From positions 1-61,743 of IMG/VR virus record IMGVR_UViG_3300032893_000044: a DNA stretch of 61,743 bases; one strand, written 5' to 3'. Of this stretch, positions 10,203 to 18,289 are shown one piece after another; position 1 is the stretch's first letter; the number at the start of each line of letters is the position of its first letter. A program made the position numbers and the translations under genes. The notes beneath the pieces were generated by a model. That model was not told the DNA's origin. It worked only from the letters and a program-made list of their open reading frames with translations, and made no database searches. Source of the stretch: a virus (Duplodnaviria > Caudoviricetes).

Positions 10203-10414
10203 GCTTTCCCCACTATGATTTGGTAGTATTCTTTGGGCCATTTTAACAGACTACCGGTAATAAAGAGGAGACGTTCTAGCGCTGCGCCTGGGTTGGCATT
10301 TTTAGAGACAGCGCAACCATAACCAAAATAAAAATTGCTTGAAAGTATGTGATATTCAGTATAAATATGAGGAACAAAAGAATGCGTATACAGTATTACT
10401 TCCTGTTCCATCAT
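10199..10414 (-). CDS. YY-motif small protein (cluster A)
   Basis: PGAALERLL..WPKEYYQIIVG. Confidence 0.7.
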   Translation of the reverse strand: MMEQEVILYTHSFVPHIYTEYHILSSNFYFGYGCAVSKNANPGAALERLLFITGSLLKWPKEYYQIIVGKA

Positions 10415-10424
10415 TCTTTCGCTC

Positions 10425-10787
10425 TCATACTTGTCGTGGCTTTGAAACAGTACATACTCGGCCTATCACAAATTGATAATATTCTTTCAAAAATTTCTGG
10501 TAGCGTGGATCTGCCCAAAAGTCAAAGCTGAGTTTTAAAAACTCAGTAGGACTCATCAAAATCATTTTTCGCGTAATAGTGTGTAGATAATGAAAATGAT
10601 GGTTAATCATACTAATTAGAAGTTTTCTTTCTTGTTCTGTATATTGGGAATACCCATTCTTAGTAACTAAACCATAATACTGCCTAAAAAAAGGCAAAAC
10701 AACGGACATCCAGCGTTGTGTTCTAGCGATATGCCACCATACTTCATAAGGAGCATAACCTAAGAAATCAGTAGGATTAAGTACCAT
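10425..10787 (-). CDS. YY-motif protein with two tandem modules (cluster A)
   Basis: PTDFL..FFRQYYGLV and PTEFL..FLKEYYQFVIG. Confidence 0.7.
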   Translation of the reverse strand: MVLNPTDFLGYAPYEVWWHIARTQRWMSVVLPFFRQYYGLVTKNGYSQYTEQERKLLISMINHHFHYLHTITRKMILMSPTEFLKLSFDFWADPRYQKFLKEYYQFVIGRVCTVSKPRQV

Positions 10788-10883
10788 ATTTATTCCTAAG
10801 GTACGGCCTTTTCATAGCCAAATTCCCCCCGCTCTCAGTGCCTAAAGAGAGGGGAGGGTCCTTGGTGAGGGAAAGCAACAATA

Positions 10884-11294
10884 TTAGTCAATGACAGGGA
10901 AAATCTGCCCTTCTAAGTCTGCTTGACGCTGTGAGCGCATAATGTATAAGCCTTTTTTCAAAGGAACAGGATTATGCTCACCGGTGGGTCGATCTTCTTT
11001 CATATGGTGATGTTCTAGCGTTGTATCTTCTTTAACCACAACCAAAAAGGTATTGAAGCGATCCATATTGGCCGCTTTGTAAACCGTTACTTTGCCCGGA
11101 TCTGCTACCCGGTGATGATGCGCGGTTGCTTCACCTTCGATAATCGTAATGCCGCCCTTTTCATCTAATCCCAATTTTTCTAGCGTTTTTTCAAAGGTGC
11201 TCATATCTAAACTGCAATCACCAATCGCTAAACAAGTGCTATCGCTAACTCGATTAAAATAAACATCCCCTTGATGACCACTGTAATTTTCCAT
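10884..11294 (-). CDS. Conserved His-rich protein, usual partner of DUF6745-type proteins
   Basis: HQGDV..EGEATAHHH..EH..L.KGLY..QR motif. Confidence 0.65.
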   Translation of the reverse strand: MENYSGHQGDVYFNRVSDSTCLAIGDCSLDMSTFEKTLEKLGLDEKGGITIIEGEATAHHHRVADPGKVTVYKAANMDRFNTFLVVVKEDTTLEHHHMKEDRPTGEHNPVPLKKGLYIMRSQRQADLEGQIFPVID

Positions 11295-11356
11295 GTTAAC
11301 TCCTAAATTAGTTTAATTAAACTCTACCCAATTTTACCTCAATTTTGACAAAAAAG

Positions 11357-11590
11357 CTACTTCGCCTTCTTTTTAAGCGCAGGGGCACACTGCCCCTCTA
11401 ACGTTTGACGTAATTCTTCCAAATCCACCTTTAATTTTTTCAAATGGAAGATATACTCACTCATCGGCACTTGCTTTTTTGCCAAACTATTCATCTCTTT
11501 TTCAATATATTCGTCAACATCATCAGAATATGTTGCCAACGTATCGACTAACAACTCATATTGAAATTGAGTTAATACAATATTTAACAT
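11357..11590 (-). CDS. Hypothetical protein
   Basis: 77 aa ORF coupled to upstream gene. Confidence 0.55.
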   Translation of the reverse strand: MLNIVLTQFQYELLVDTLATYSDDVDEYIEKEMNSLAKKQVPMSEYIFHLKKLKVDLEELRQTLEGQCAPALKKKAK

Positions 11591-12558
11591 TAAGCCTCCA
11601 CCACCGGATTATATTCACCAGGATTAAGGCCCCAAGTCCAACCAATTGCATCCAACAAATTAGCAAAAGGTATATTCACTTCTACTATTTTTTGCGAATG
11701 AATCGGGTGATCTGCGGGTAATAATCCAGCCTTCTTCATAATCAATAAATTACTCGGCACCAAATCGACTTGATCAATATTACCAACAACCGCTAACGAC
11801 CGGGTTACCCTATCTTCATCTTCGTCCTCGTCGTCATCTTCATCACCATCATCGTTTTGAACCTTCGGAAGCTTCGCCAAAAGCGCCTTCACTTTTTCAT
11901 TGTCATAAGCAAAATATTGACCACAAGGCACTTCAGTTTTTTCTCCACCTTCAGTTTCAGCATCCATCTTTAAAAGGCCTTGCACATATATCTTAAAGCC
12001 ATCCGGCGTTAAACCAATTTTGACACGTTCTTCTGGGGTCATGGCATCAGCCCCGGGCTCCATCGTGCGATTAATCAGCTTTAAGGCAAACCCCACTCGA
12101 ATAGTCCCGTTTTCCTCAGGAATTTCTAGCTTATAAATAGCCGCAAATTGATAATCTTTATCATTAATAGGACTCATATACAGCGAACCGCCGCCATCTT
12201 TAATAAAGTCCTCAAAACCTTTGTTCTTCCATCGACGAATCATCGAAGTGCGGATTTCAGCATTGGGGATACAAAATATTTGGTCAACCCTTAATAAATC
12301 TCCTGACCAGAGAAAGAACAACGCATAAGGAATTTTATAGCGATTACTGGTGATTTCAATCATACCATCCGCTTCTACTGCATCAAAAAAACGATCTGGC
12401 GACATCGCAATTTCTAAATGTTGCATCTGTTCTTCTGAAAGCTTCCACTCTTTGACTTGATCAATCGTTAGTTTTAACTTATTTAAGCGCTCTGGCGATA
12501 AATCGCTAGGTAATACTAATCCAGTTAACTCGATACCTTCTGAAACTTGGGATTGCAT
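11590..12558 (-). CDS. DUF6745-like protein
   Basis: NAEIRTSMI, LINRTMEP..DG.K.Y, AIGWTWGL..EYNP..EA motifs; acidic insertion. Confidence 0.6.
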   Translation of the reverse strand: MQSQVSEGIELTGLVLPSDLSPERLNKLKLTIDQVKEWKLSEEQMQHLEIAMSPDRFFDAVEADGMIEITSNRYKIPYALFFLWSGDLLRVDQIFCIPNAEIRTSMIRRWKNKGFEDFIKDGGGSLYMSPINDKDYQFAAIYKLEIPEENGTIRVGFALKLINRTMEPGADAMTPEERVKIGLTPDGFKIYVQGLLKMDAETEGGEKTEVPCGQYFAYDNEKVKALLAKLPKVQNDDGDEDDDEDEDEDRVTRSLAVVGNIDQVDLVPSNLLIMKKAGLLPADHPIHSQKIVEVNIPFANLLDAIGWTWGLNPGEYNPVVEA

Positions 12559-12610
12559 GCACGTTGCTCCTTGTTACCATAAATCCAAAAATCATTATAG
12601 AATAATTGAC

Positions 12611-12997
12611 TTAGCTTTGTAAGTCAATGACTTTATGACTCGCCTTTTTAAAATGATATTGATAAAAATTTTTCCATACTTGAATATAAAGCTCACGTAT
12701 CGAAAAATCTTCAAAAAGATATTGCATGACTGTTTTAAAATAAGAATATTTCAAACGTCTTTTTAATTTTGTATATTTATTTTTAACACAAAACAATCTC
12801 TCTACCCAGAGCGGCTCAAGGTTAAAGCTTTCCCAGTTACCATAGACTTTATAGCCATAATCATACTCACACGCTAAACTTCTATTTTTAGGAAGCATCA
12901 GCACCTGACAATCAAAAGCTATATGGAATTCTGGCCTACTCCAATAGATAGAAGGCCCTAAGAAAAGAGCCTTCTTTTTTCGTTTTTTATGGGCCAT
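12611..12997 (-). CDS. Hypothetical basic/aromatic protein
   Basis: 128 aa ORF in leftward operon. Confidence 0.5.
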   Translation of the reverse strand: MAHKKRKKKALFLGPSIYWSRPEFHIAFDCQVLMLPKNRSLACEYDYGYKVYGNWESFNLEPLWVERLFCVKNKYTKLKRRLKYSYFKTVMQYLFEDFSIRELYIQVWKNFYQYHFKKASHKVIDLQS

Positions 12998-13215
12998 TAA
13001 GAAGTCCTGGCTAGATCATTAATAAAATAGCCATACAACTTTTCATCGACATGACCCGACTGAGCCGGCCATTCATCTGATTGCGGGGTTGCTTCATATT
13101 TAACGCAAGGTTCTCCGTCACAATATTCCCATAAACCCAAACTTTCCATTAAGTATTGCATTTTTAAAACAGGAATGTGACGACTCACCTTAAATGTTAC
13201 AATTATATCTTGCAT
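12997..13215 (-). CDS. Hypothetical protein
   Basis: 72 aa ORF with AAGGA RBS. Confidence 0.5.
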   Translation of the reverse strand: MQDIIVTFKVSRHIPVLKMQYLMESLGLWEYCDGEPCVKYEATPQSDEWPAQSGHVDEKLYGYFINDLARTS

Positions 13216-13234
13216 ATCCTTATCTCCCTTTAAA

Positions 13235-13924
13235 TTAAACTTTAGTTTTCAGCCTTTTAATGGCCTGTAACGCTTGCTTTTCCGTTAGTTCATGGAAAGT
13301 ACCTACTTTATAGTATTCTAGCATTTTAGCAATACCCTCAGTATCTAATTTTTCAAAAGCGATTTCCTTTAACTCATTTAAGGTCGGCTCTAAAACAAAA
13401 TGCTGCGTCACATCATCGACACTAGACGGCCTGACCGCCGGTACGGGTATTGTTTTAACCGGTGCATTGATGCGCTTAGGTGAAGCTTTCTTGATATCAC
13501 CTTCCCCTTCATCTTCTGGACTTTCTTCAGACTGAGTAATGCCTAAAATAGCCATCAGAGCATATCTGCGCCCATAACTAATGGTAGCTCCTACAGATTG
13601 GATCCACCCTTTGCCCCGCATTTCTTCCACCATCAAATCTAAAGAAGACTGTAGCCATTGTCCAGAATTATGCAACAATAGAGTGGTAATTCTGACTGAT
13701 TTGTTGCATTCTCCTTCAATATGCTGTGTGATACTGAGCCCTTGTTGCGCTAAAAGCTTTCTTACTTGCCCTAATAAATTTTCTAAGGTGGCATAATCAT
13801 AACTATATTTTTTGCCTTCCCGAGTCAGCACATCGACATGACCATCTTTTTTAATATCCGAAACCAGCGTTTGAAATTGCGCTAAGGCTTGAGACAACTC
13901 TTTCAACTCTGTTGAATTATGCAT
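13235..13924 (-). CDS. erf: ERF-family single-strand annealing recombinase
   Basis: Y.YATL, LLHNSGQW..S, QSVGATISYGRRYALMAILGI signature. Confidence 0.9.
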   Translation of the reverse strand: MHNSTELKELSQALAQFQTLVSDIKKDGHVDVLTREGKKYSYDYATLENLLGQVRKLLAQQGLSITQHIEGECNKSVRITTLLLHNSGQWLQSSLDLMVEEMRGKGWIQSVGATISYGRRYALMAILGITQSEESPEDEGEGDIKKASPKRINAPVKTIPVPAVRPSSVDDVTQHFVLEPTLNELKEIAFEKLDTEGIAKMLEYYKVGTFHELTEKQALQAIKRLKTKV

Positions 13925-13975
13925 CTTTCCTTACCCCTGTTATTTGTTAGATACCTAAACCCTTTACTTTTAATA

Positions 13976-13990
13976 CTTTACTTAGTAAAG
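13976..13990. promoter_or_regulatory. Palindromic operator CTTTAC-N3-GTAAAG between divergent erf and RHH genes
   Basis: Perfect 6-bp arms next to TATAAT; related sites at 22531, 28663, 32897, 33861. Confidence 0.6.
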
Positions 13991-14023
13991 TATAATCATA
14001 TTTTTTTTTAGAGAGGATGTAAA

Positions 14024-14260
14024 GTGATTAAGAAAAAAAGAAGCACGGCGGAACGTTTGGCTTTACAAGAAGAACGCAAGAATCGGGTCACCTACATTAA
14101 ACTTCCTTCTTCGGCCGTGAAACAGGAACTAAAAGCGATCGCTCGCGCTGAAAACTTAACGTCTTTGTCTGCTTTGCTGCATATTTGGATTTTAAGAGGT
14201 TTAGAACAGTATAAAGCAGATAAGCAAATGAATCCGGAAACCAAATTAATTAAGTTTTAG
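14024..14260 (+). CDS. Ribbon-helix-helix (Arc/CopG-like) transcriptional regulator
   Basis: VTYIKLP..VKQELKAIARAEN.SLSALL strand-helix-helix pattern. Confidence 0.6.
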   Translation: MIKKKRSTAERLALQEERKNRVTYIKLPSSAVKQELKAIARAENLTSLSALLHIWILRGLEQYKADKQMNPETKLIKF

Positions 14261-14650
14261 ATAGTCGGTGAGACCTTTTTTAGCCTCATCGACGCTATAC
14301 CAGACCATAGTCTGATAGCCCAGTTCTTGGCAAGACGTTAAGAACTCCTGTTGGCTTTCAGTTAGTTTGTTTCCTTTAGTCTTAAATTCAGCGACAAGGC
14401 CGTGATAGGATGCTCGGGGATAAAGACAGATAATATCGCTGACGCCGGGAGTGACGCCTTCTGCTTTGAGTAGTTTTGCTTCTAGCGCATGACGGCTGCC
14501 GCCATTGGCGGGGTGAAAGGTCACTTTGCGTACCTGCGGGTATTGGTAGCGGAGCCATTGAAAAAATGCGCGTTGATGTTGCGCTTCTTGGCGTCGGGGT
14601 TTTTTGCGAGGCTTTTTAGGGGCTGGGGTAAGCAAATTTAGCATAATCAT
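14246..14650 (-). CDS. VRR-NUC domain nuclease
   Basis: FHPANGG..LKAEGVTPGVSD..EFKT..LTESQQEF. Confidence 0.9.
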   Translation of the reverse strand: MIMLNLLTPAPKKPRKKPRRQEAQHQRAFFQWLRYQYPQVRKVTFHPANGGSRHALEAKLLKAEGVTPGVSDIICLYPRASYHGLVAEFKTKGNKLTESQQEFLTSCQELGYQTMVWYSVDEAKKGLTDYLKLN

Positions 14651-15021
14651 AATCGGTCAGTTTTACGGGGCCTCCCTCGTCCTTTGTAAAAAGTGGGTAC
14701 TTCGGCAGCGGGAGGAGGTTTTAAGGATTTAGGTCTGCCGGGTCCTTTTTTCTCTGGCAAGAGCGATTGAATACCCAGCTTACGAGGATAAGGTAGTTTT
14801 TCTGCTGGGGGTTCAGCGCTGATTGTGTCAACCTTTTTGTCAACTTCAGGAAGGGGTTCAGGCTTAGGGGGGGTAATGGGCGCTTTAGTCTCAGCAACGG
14901 GATTTTCATTAGCGAAGGTATAAGCCATCCCAATCGCGGTTAAGTAGGTATGTCCTTCTTTGACTAAGGTTTTGACATTTTCCTCAATAATTTTGCGGCT
15001 ATTCCCAGTCTTCATCATCAT
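14647..15021 (-). CDS. Small phage protein with AT-hook-like motifs
   Basis: N-terminal G.S.K.I.ENV..L..EG..AI.MA motif; GPGRPK and GRGRPRK. Confidence 0.6.
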   Translation of the reverse strand: MMMKTGNSRKIIEENVKTLVKEGHTYLTAIGMAYTFANENPVAETKAPITPPKPEPLPEVDKKVDTISAEPPAEKLPYPRKLGIQSLLPEKKGPGRPKSLKPPPAAEVPTFYKGRGRPRKTDRL

Positions 15022-15418
15022 TATCGGTTTCCTGTTTATTGCGTTTAGACTCCGTCATATACCCTTCTTCACGTCCTACCATATATTCCCATCGTTTAGG
15101 CGCTTCACAGGGTTTCCATACTTCAAACCATTGGGCTTTTTCGGGAAGGCCAATTTTTTGAGTAGAAATCTCATAGGCATAGGCATATTTTTCTAAATGC
15201 GTATCTAAAATGCGAAGCGTATCTAATGAATGAATGATCGCGTGCATATCTATAATATCAAAAATCGTTTCGCTTGCGCTTAAAAACTTGTTAAAACCGC
15301 GCAGTTCATCTTTAATCACTAAGCCTTTTTGATACTGCGGTTCATGCTTGATCATGCCAACCTTACGAAGGGAATGAGTATGGGGAATGGTCTTAATCAA
15401 CAAATAGCGATATTGCAC
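14999..15418 (-). CDS. Hypothetical protein
   Basis: 139 aa ORF, GAGG RBS. Confidence 0.5.
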   Translation of the reverse strand: MQYRYLLIKTIPHTHSLRKVGMIKHEPQYQKGLVIKDELRGFNKFLSASETIFDIIDMHAIIHSLDTLRILDTHLEKYAYAYEISTQKIGLPEKAQWFEVWKPCEAPKRWEYMVGREEGYMTESKRNKQETDNDDEDWE

Positions 15419-15543
15419 TACACCCTCATTTAGCTTTTAAACTAAGTCAAGCATAAGAGTTTTTAAAATCGCTCGTCAACGCGCTACTACACATACTGCA
15501 AAAAATCAGTTATGCTGTGACGGTTTCACTAAAAAGGATTTTT

Positions 15544-15996
15544 ATGCAGCTAAACACCCTACAGGATACTAGTCTTTATTTTCATCTTCATAGTCTTTAC
15601 TTACACACGTCCCGCTTATACGGGAGTGCGCTACGTCCTTTAGGATTAGTGCCTGAACAATTTATGCTCTTAGTTGCATTGCAAACCATCCATATCGCAG
15701 CAAACTTAGCAAAAACTTTATCGGTTAATCGCACGACTTTATCGCGTACGTTAAAGACGTTAGCCGCGCGTCAGCAGATCCAAATCAAGAAAGTGAGAAC
15801 CGCTAAAAATCGCTTGCAAAAGCTTTATGAGCTCACGCCTAAAGGCCAAGATATTCTTAAAAAGGCTACGTTAGAATGGCGTAAGGTAGAGCTTTATCTG
15901 AAAAACAATTTAGAGCAAATGTTGCCGGATTTTGTCACAACTTCTGGCTGGATGACAGAAAGAATAAAGGAGTTAAAAATGATGACACACTCTTAA
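15544..15996 (+). CDS. MarR-family winged-helix regulator
   Basis: LRPLGL..QF.LL, LAKTLSVNRTTLSRTLK.L, ELTPKG. Confidence 0.8.
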   Translation: MQLNTLQDTSLYFHLHSLYLHTSRLYGSALRPLGLVPEQFMLLVALQTIHIAANLAKTLSVNRTTLSRTLKTLAARQQIQIKKVRTAKNRLQKLYELTPKGQDILKKATLEWRKVELYLKNNLEQMLPDFVTTSGWMTERIKELKMMTHS

Positions 15997-16015
15997 CTCC
16001 TTTCATGGTCTTTTT
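15966..16015 (+). terminator. Hairpin at the end of the marR-like gene, probable terminator
   Basis: AAAGGAGTTAA...TTAACTCCTTT inverted repeat followed by a T run. Confidence 0.4.
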
Positions 16016-16219
16016 GAAAATTTTTGTTTAAAAGTTTTCGAGAAGATTTAGGCAGTTACAAGCTACTTAGGTGTGAAACTAATTAGCCTTAACTTTGAGA
16101 CGCTACCCCAAACACAAGCTCCAAAAACAACAAAAACAAACAAAACCCTGTTAGCGACCATAGGGGTAGCGTATCAGAGCTGTAACTAAAGTGCAAGTAC
16201 AATTTACTTAGAGACAGCT

Positions 16220-16879
16220 ATGAAATTTGAAACCTGTAAATCTATTTATTCAACTTCTGTTAATAAACTAACTGGTATTGAGAAAGCTTTATTAATTTAC
16301 CTTTGCTATCGCACGAATGCGGAGGGAAATGCTTTCCCCAGTTTGAAGCGGATCAGTCGCGATATTAGTTACTGCTTAACAACAGTTAAAGGCACCATCA
16401 AAAGCCTCATTGAAAAAAACTTCATCCGGAAGATCCCAGCAGTCCCCCAATCCTCCCGACGCTCCAATGTTTATCAACTAAATCATAGCATGCTCTTTGC
16501 TCAGAAGCCTGTGGATAACTCTGTTGATAAGTACCGAAAATCTGTGGATAAGTTTGTGGATAAGTTGTTAGTAAATAGCCGGGTGGATAAACATACAGGG
16601 CGCGAGGCGACCACAGAATATATTAATAATATAAATACTAACCCTTATAATAATATTATAGTTAATCGAGGAGGGACGGCTTATCAAAAACAGCAATTAA
16701 AAGAAAAAGAAAAAAGGCAATTGGCTTATCTGCTCGCTTTATGCAAGCAAAGAAGCGTTTCTCAAAAAGCGGTACCTGTGGTCATTCCTGAGACTATACC
16801 TCCCTTAACCCCCCGTGCGCCTAAGACCTTAGCGGCCATCCTAGGAGAAAAAAATGTTACCTACGGCCAATTACGCTGA
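16220..16879 (+). CDS. Phage replication initiator with N-terminal winged HTH
   Basis: EKALLIYL..AFPSLKRI..S..TV..IKSLIEK..I..SNVY; internal DnaA-box repeats. Confidence 0.8.
   Translation: MKFETCKSIYSTSVNKLTGIEKALLIYLCYRTNAEGNAFPSLKRISRDISYCLTTVKGTIKSLIEKNFIRKIPAVPQSSRRSNVYQLNHSMLFAQKPVDNSVDKYRKSVDKFVDKLLVNSRVDKHTGREATTEYINNINTNPYNNIIVNRGGTAYQKQQLKEKEKRQLAYLLALCKQRSVSQKAVPVVIPETIPPLTPRAPKTLAAILGEKNVTYGQLR
16510..16665. promoter_or_regulatory. Putative replication origin: five DnaA boxes plus AT-rich stretch
   Basis: TGTGGATAA at 16510, 16543, 16555; 1-mismatch boxes at 16522, 16582; AT-rich 16617-16665. Confidence 0.7.
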
Positions 16880-17531
16880 GTTAGTGGCTAGCGCGGAGCG
16901 CATTTTAACGCGCTTAACTCGTCACGTCCCCAATCACCAGCTAGATAACTGGCAAATGGTTAATTTGATTAAGCAGCATGGGGTGGAAAAGGTATTGATG
17001 ACGTTAAAGGCGGTGATCGAGAACAAGACGGGGAACGTAGCAAACTTTCCTCGTTATTTAAAAAGCTGTTTGCATGGTGGCTGGGAGCTTGCTGAAACGG
17101 GCCAAGGTGCCACGAACGGCAAAAACCGTCATCACACATATGAAGAAACGCAAGTCACGCTAGAATCGCAAAATCTTTCGTTTAAACGCACAGTTGAGAA
17201 AGAGCAGCGCATGCGAGAGATTTGGCAAGCATTACCGGTTGAGCAGCGTTACCGGATCAAGGCGTGGTTAAAAGCCTCTCCGTTGGAGCAATTGATGCCT
17301 GAGCAGATTTTGCAGCGGTCTTTACGGGCATTAGAGGCGGATGAACCTGATCGAGGGTCTTTTACGCTTTTGAATTTTGCTGAAACTCATATTCCTGAAG
17401 AATTTAGTTTACCCAAGCCTGATTTGAGTGTTTTAGGAGAAAAAGAAAAACCTGTTAATAAGCTGATTAATGAGCTAGAAAAAAAATTTGGCGCAGTTCA
17501 AGTGGAAGTTAAGCCCCAAACTTGGGGCTAA
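16854..17531 (+). CDS. Replication-associated hypothetical protein
   Basis: Overlaps initiator gene; V.N.PRYL..CL..GW initiator-C-terminal-like motif. Confidence 0.55.
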   Translation: MLPTANYAELVASAERILTRLTRHVPNHQLDNWQMVNLIKQHGVEKVLMTLKAVIENKTGNVANFPRYLKSCLHGGWELAETGQGATNGKNRHHTYEETQVTLESQNLSFKRTVEKEQRMREIWQALPVEQRYRIKAWLKASPLEQLMPEQILQRSLRALEADEPDRGSFTLLNFAETHIPEEFSLPKPDLSVLGEKEKPVNKLINELEKKFGAVQVEVKPQTWG

Positions 17532-17559
17532 TAAATTAAGGATTAAAATATGTCTTGCA
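17506..17559 (-). ncRNA. Putative sRNA unit 1
   Basis: TTGACA(17594-89)-17-TAGATT promoter; unique segment; AGCCCC-AAGTTT-GGGGCT-TAACTT. Confidence 0.65.
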
Positions 17560-17608
17560 CAATCCAATCTAGCGCGATTTTAAACAAATGTCAAGCGTAA
17601 TCTATCGA

Positions 17609-17674
17609 AAGTTTAGCCTCTAAGCGAGGCTAATGTAAGTGGTAAATTAGAAACCTATACAAAATGTAGCTTGA
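17609..17674 (-). ncRNA. Putative sRNA unit 2
   Basis: TTGACA(17710-05)-18-TATCTT with extended TG; AGCCTC-GCTTA-GAGGCT-AAACTT. Confidence 0.65.
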
Positions 17675-17713
17675 AAAATTAAGATAGCATAATGGCTAAT
17701 AAAATGTCAAGAG

Positions 17714-17773
17714 AAGTTTAGCCTCTAAGCGAGGCTATATAGTATTTCACAGTTAAGAGGATCATGCCTGATC
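17714..17773 (-). ncRNA. Putative sRNA unit 3
   Basis: TTGACA(17809-04)-18-TATATT; AGCCTC-GCTTA-GAGGCT-AAACTT. Confidence 0.65.
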
Positions 17774-17812
17774 AAGTATAATATAGCCTAATAACTAGGT
17801 GCATGTCAAGTG

Positions 17813-17857
17813 AAGTTAAGCCCCCTTTGGGGCTATTTTTTTTAAGCGTGACATGAA
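17813..17857 (-). ncRNA. Putative sRNA unit 4 (no separate promoter seen)
   Basis: AGCCCC-AAAG-GGGGCT-TAACTT directly downstream of unit 5. Confidence 0.5.
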
Positions 17858-17906
17858 AAGTTAAGCCCCTCACGGGGCTAAAAAAATGTACTTAGCAATG
17901 ATTAGC
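17858..17906 (-). ncRNA. Putative sRNA unit 5
   Basis: TTGACA(17941-36)-17-TAAGCT; AGCCCC-GTGA-GGGGCT-TAACTT. Confidence 0.65.
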
Positions 17907-17930
17907 TTTTTTAGCTTATGGGAGAGACTT

Positions 17931-18173
17931 ATGATTGTCAACTGGGTTGCGGAATTTTTTGATACGGTGGTCTCGGTAGCTGGCAAATATGCCAGGTGGT
18001 TAAATATCAAAGGGAGACGGATTTGTTTTTTGATATGGGCTATCTGTTCCGTGTACTGGGTGGGGCGAGATATTGCGGTGGGACTTTATTCCCAAGCGGC
18101 TTTTGCAGTTTTTTCGGTAGGATTAAATGCCTATGGTTTTTTTAATTGGAAGAAAAATAAAATTGGAAATTAA
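17931..18173 (+). CDS. Small PnuC-like membrane protein
   Basis: Hydrophobic helices; LNIK..CFLIW..LYSQ..YGFFNWKK; GGAGAG RBS. Confidence 0.6.
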   Translation: MIVNWVAEFFDTVVSVAGKYARWLNIKGRRICFLIWAICSVYWVGRDIAVGLYSQAAFAVFSVGLNAYGFFNWKKNKIGN

Positions 18174-18211
18174 AGCTTGACACTTTTTAAAAGTCTCTTT
18201 ACACTTCAATT

Positions 18212-18272
18212 GACCATGAGTGTTAGTACTGTTATCGATGGTAAAAACTAGCCCCGGCAGGGGCTCAACTTT
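18212..18272 (+). ncRNA. Putative sRNA unit 6, leader of the ProQ/FinO gene
   Basis: TTGACA(18177)-17-TACACT; AGCCCC-GGCA-GGGGCT-CAACTTT ending 17 nt before ATG. Confidence 0.65.
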
Positions 18273-18289
18273 ATCGTTATGGAGGATGA

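Noticed and set aside
10800-10880. GC-rich intergenic stretch as a tRNA or known riboswitch
   Set aside because: No cloverleaf, T-loop or recognisable aptamer consensus
11548-11560. 13-nt match (ACTAACAACTCAT) to the complement of sRNA unit 6
   Set aside because: The gene here is on the minus strand, so its mRNA has the same sense as the sRNA and cannot pair; probably chance
17506-17880. Hairpin repeats read as a CRISPR array
   Set aside because: Repeats are short with variable loops, the period is irregular (about 45-105 bp), intervening DNA contains promoters, and there are no cas genes
17886-17930. Longer N-terminus for the PnuC-like ORF
   Set aside because: The RBS favours ATG 17931, and the upstream part overlaps sRNA unit 5 and its promoter
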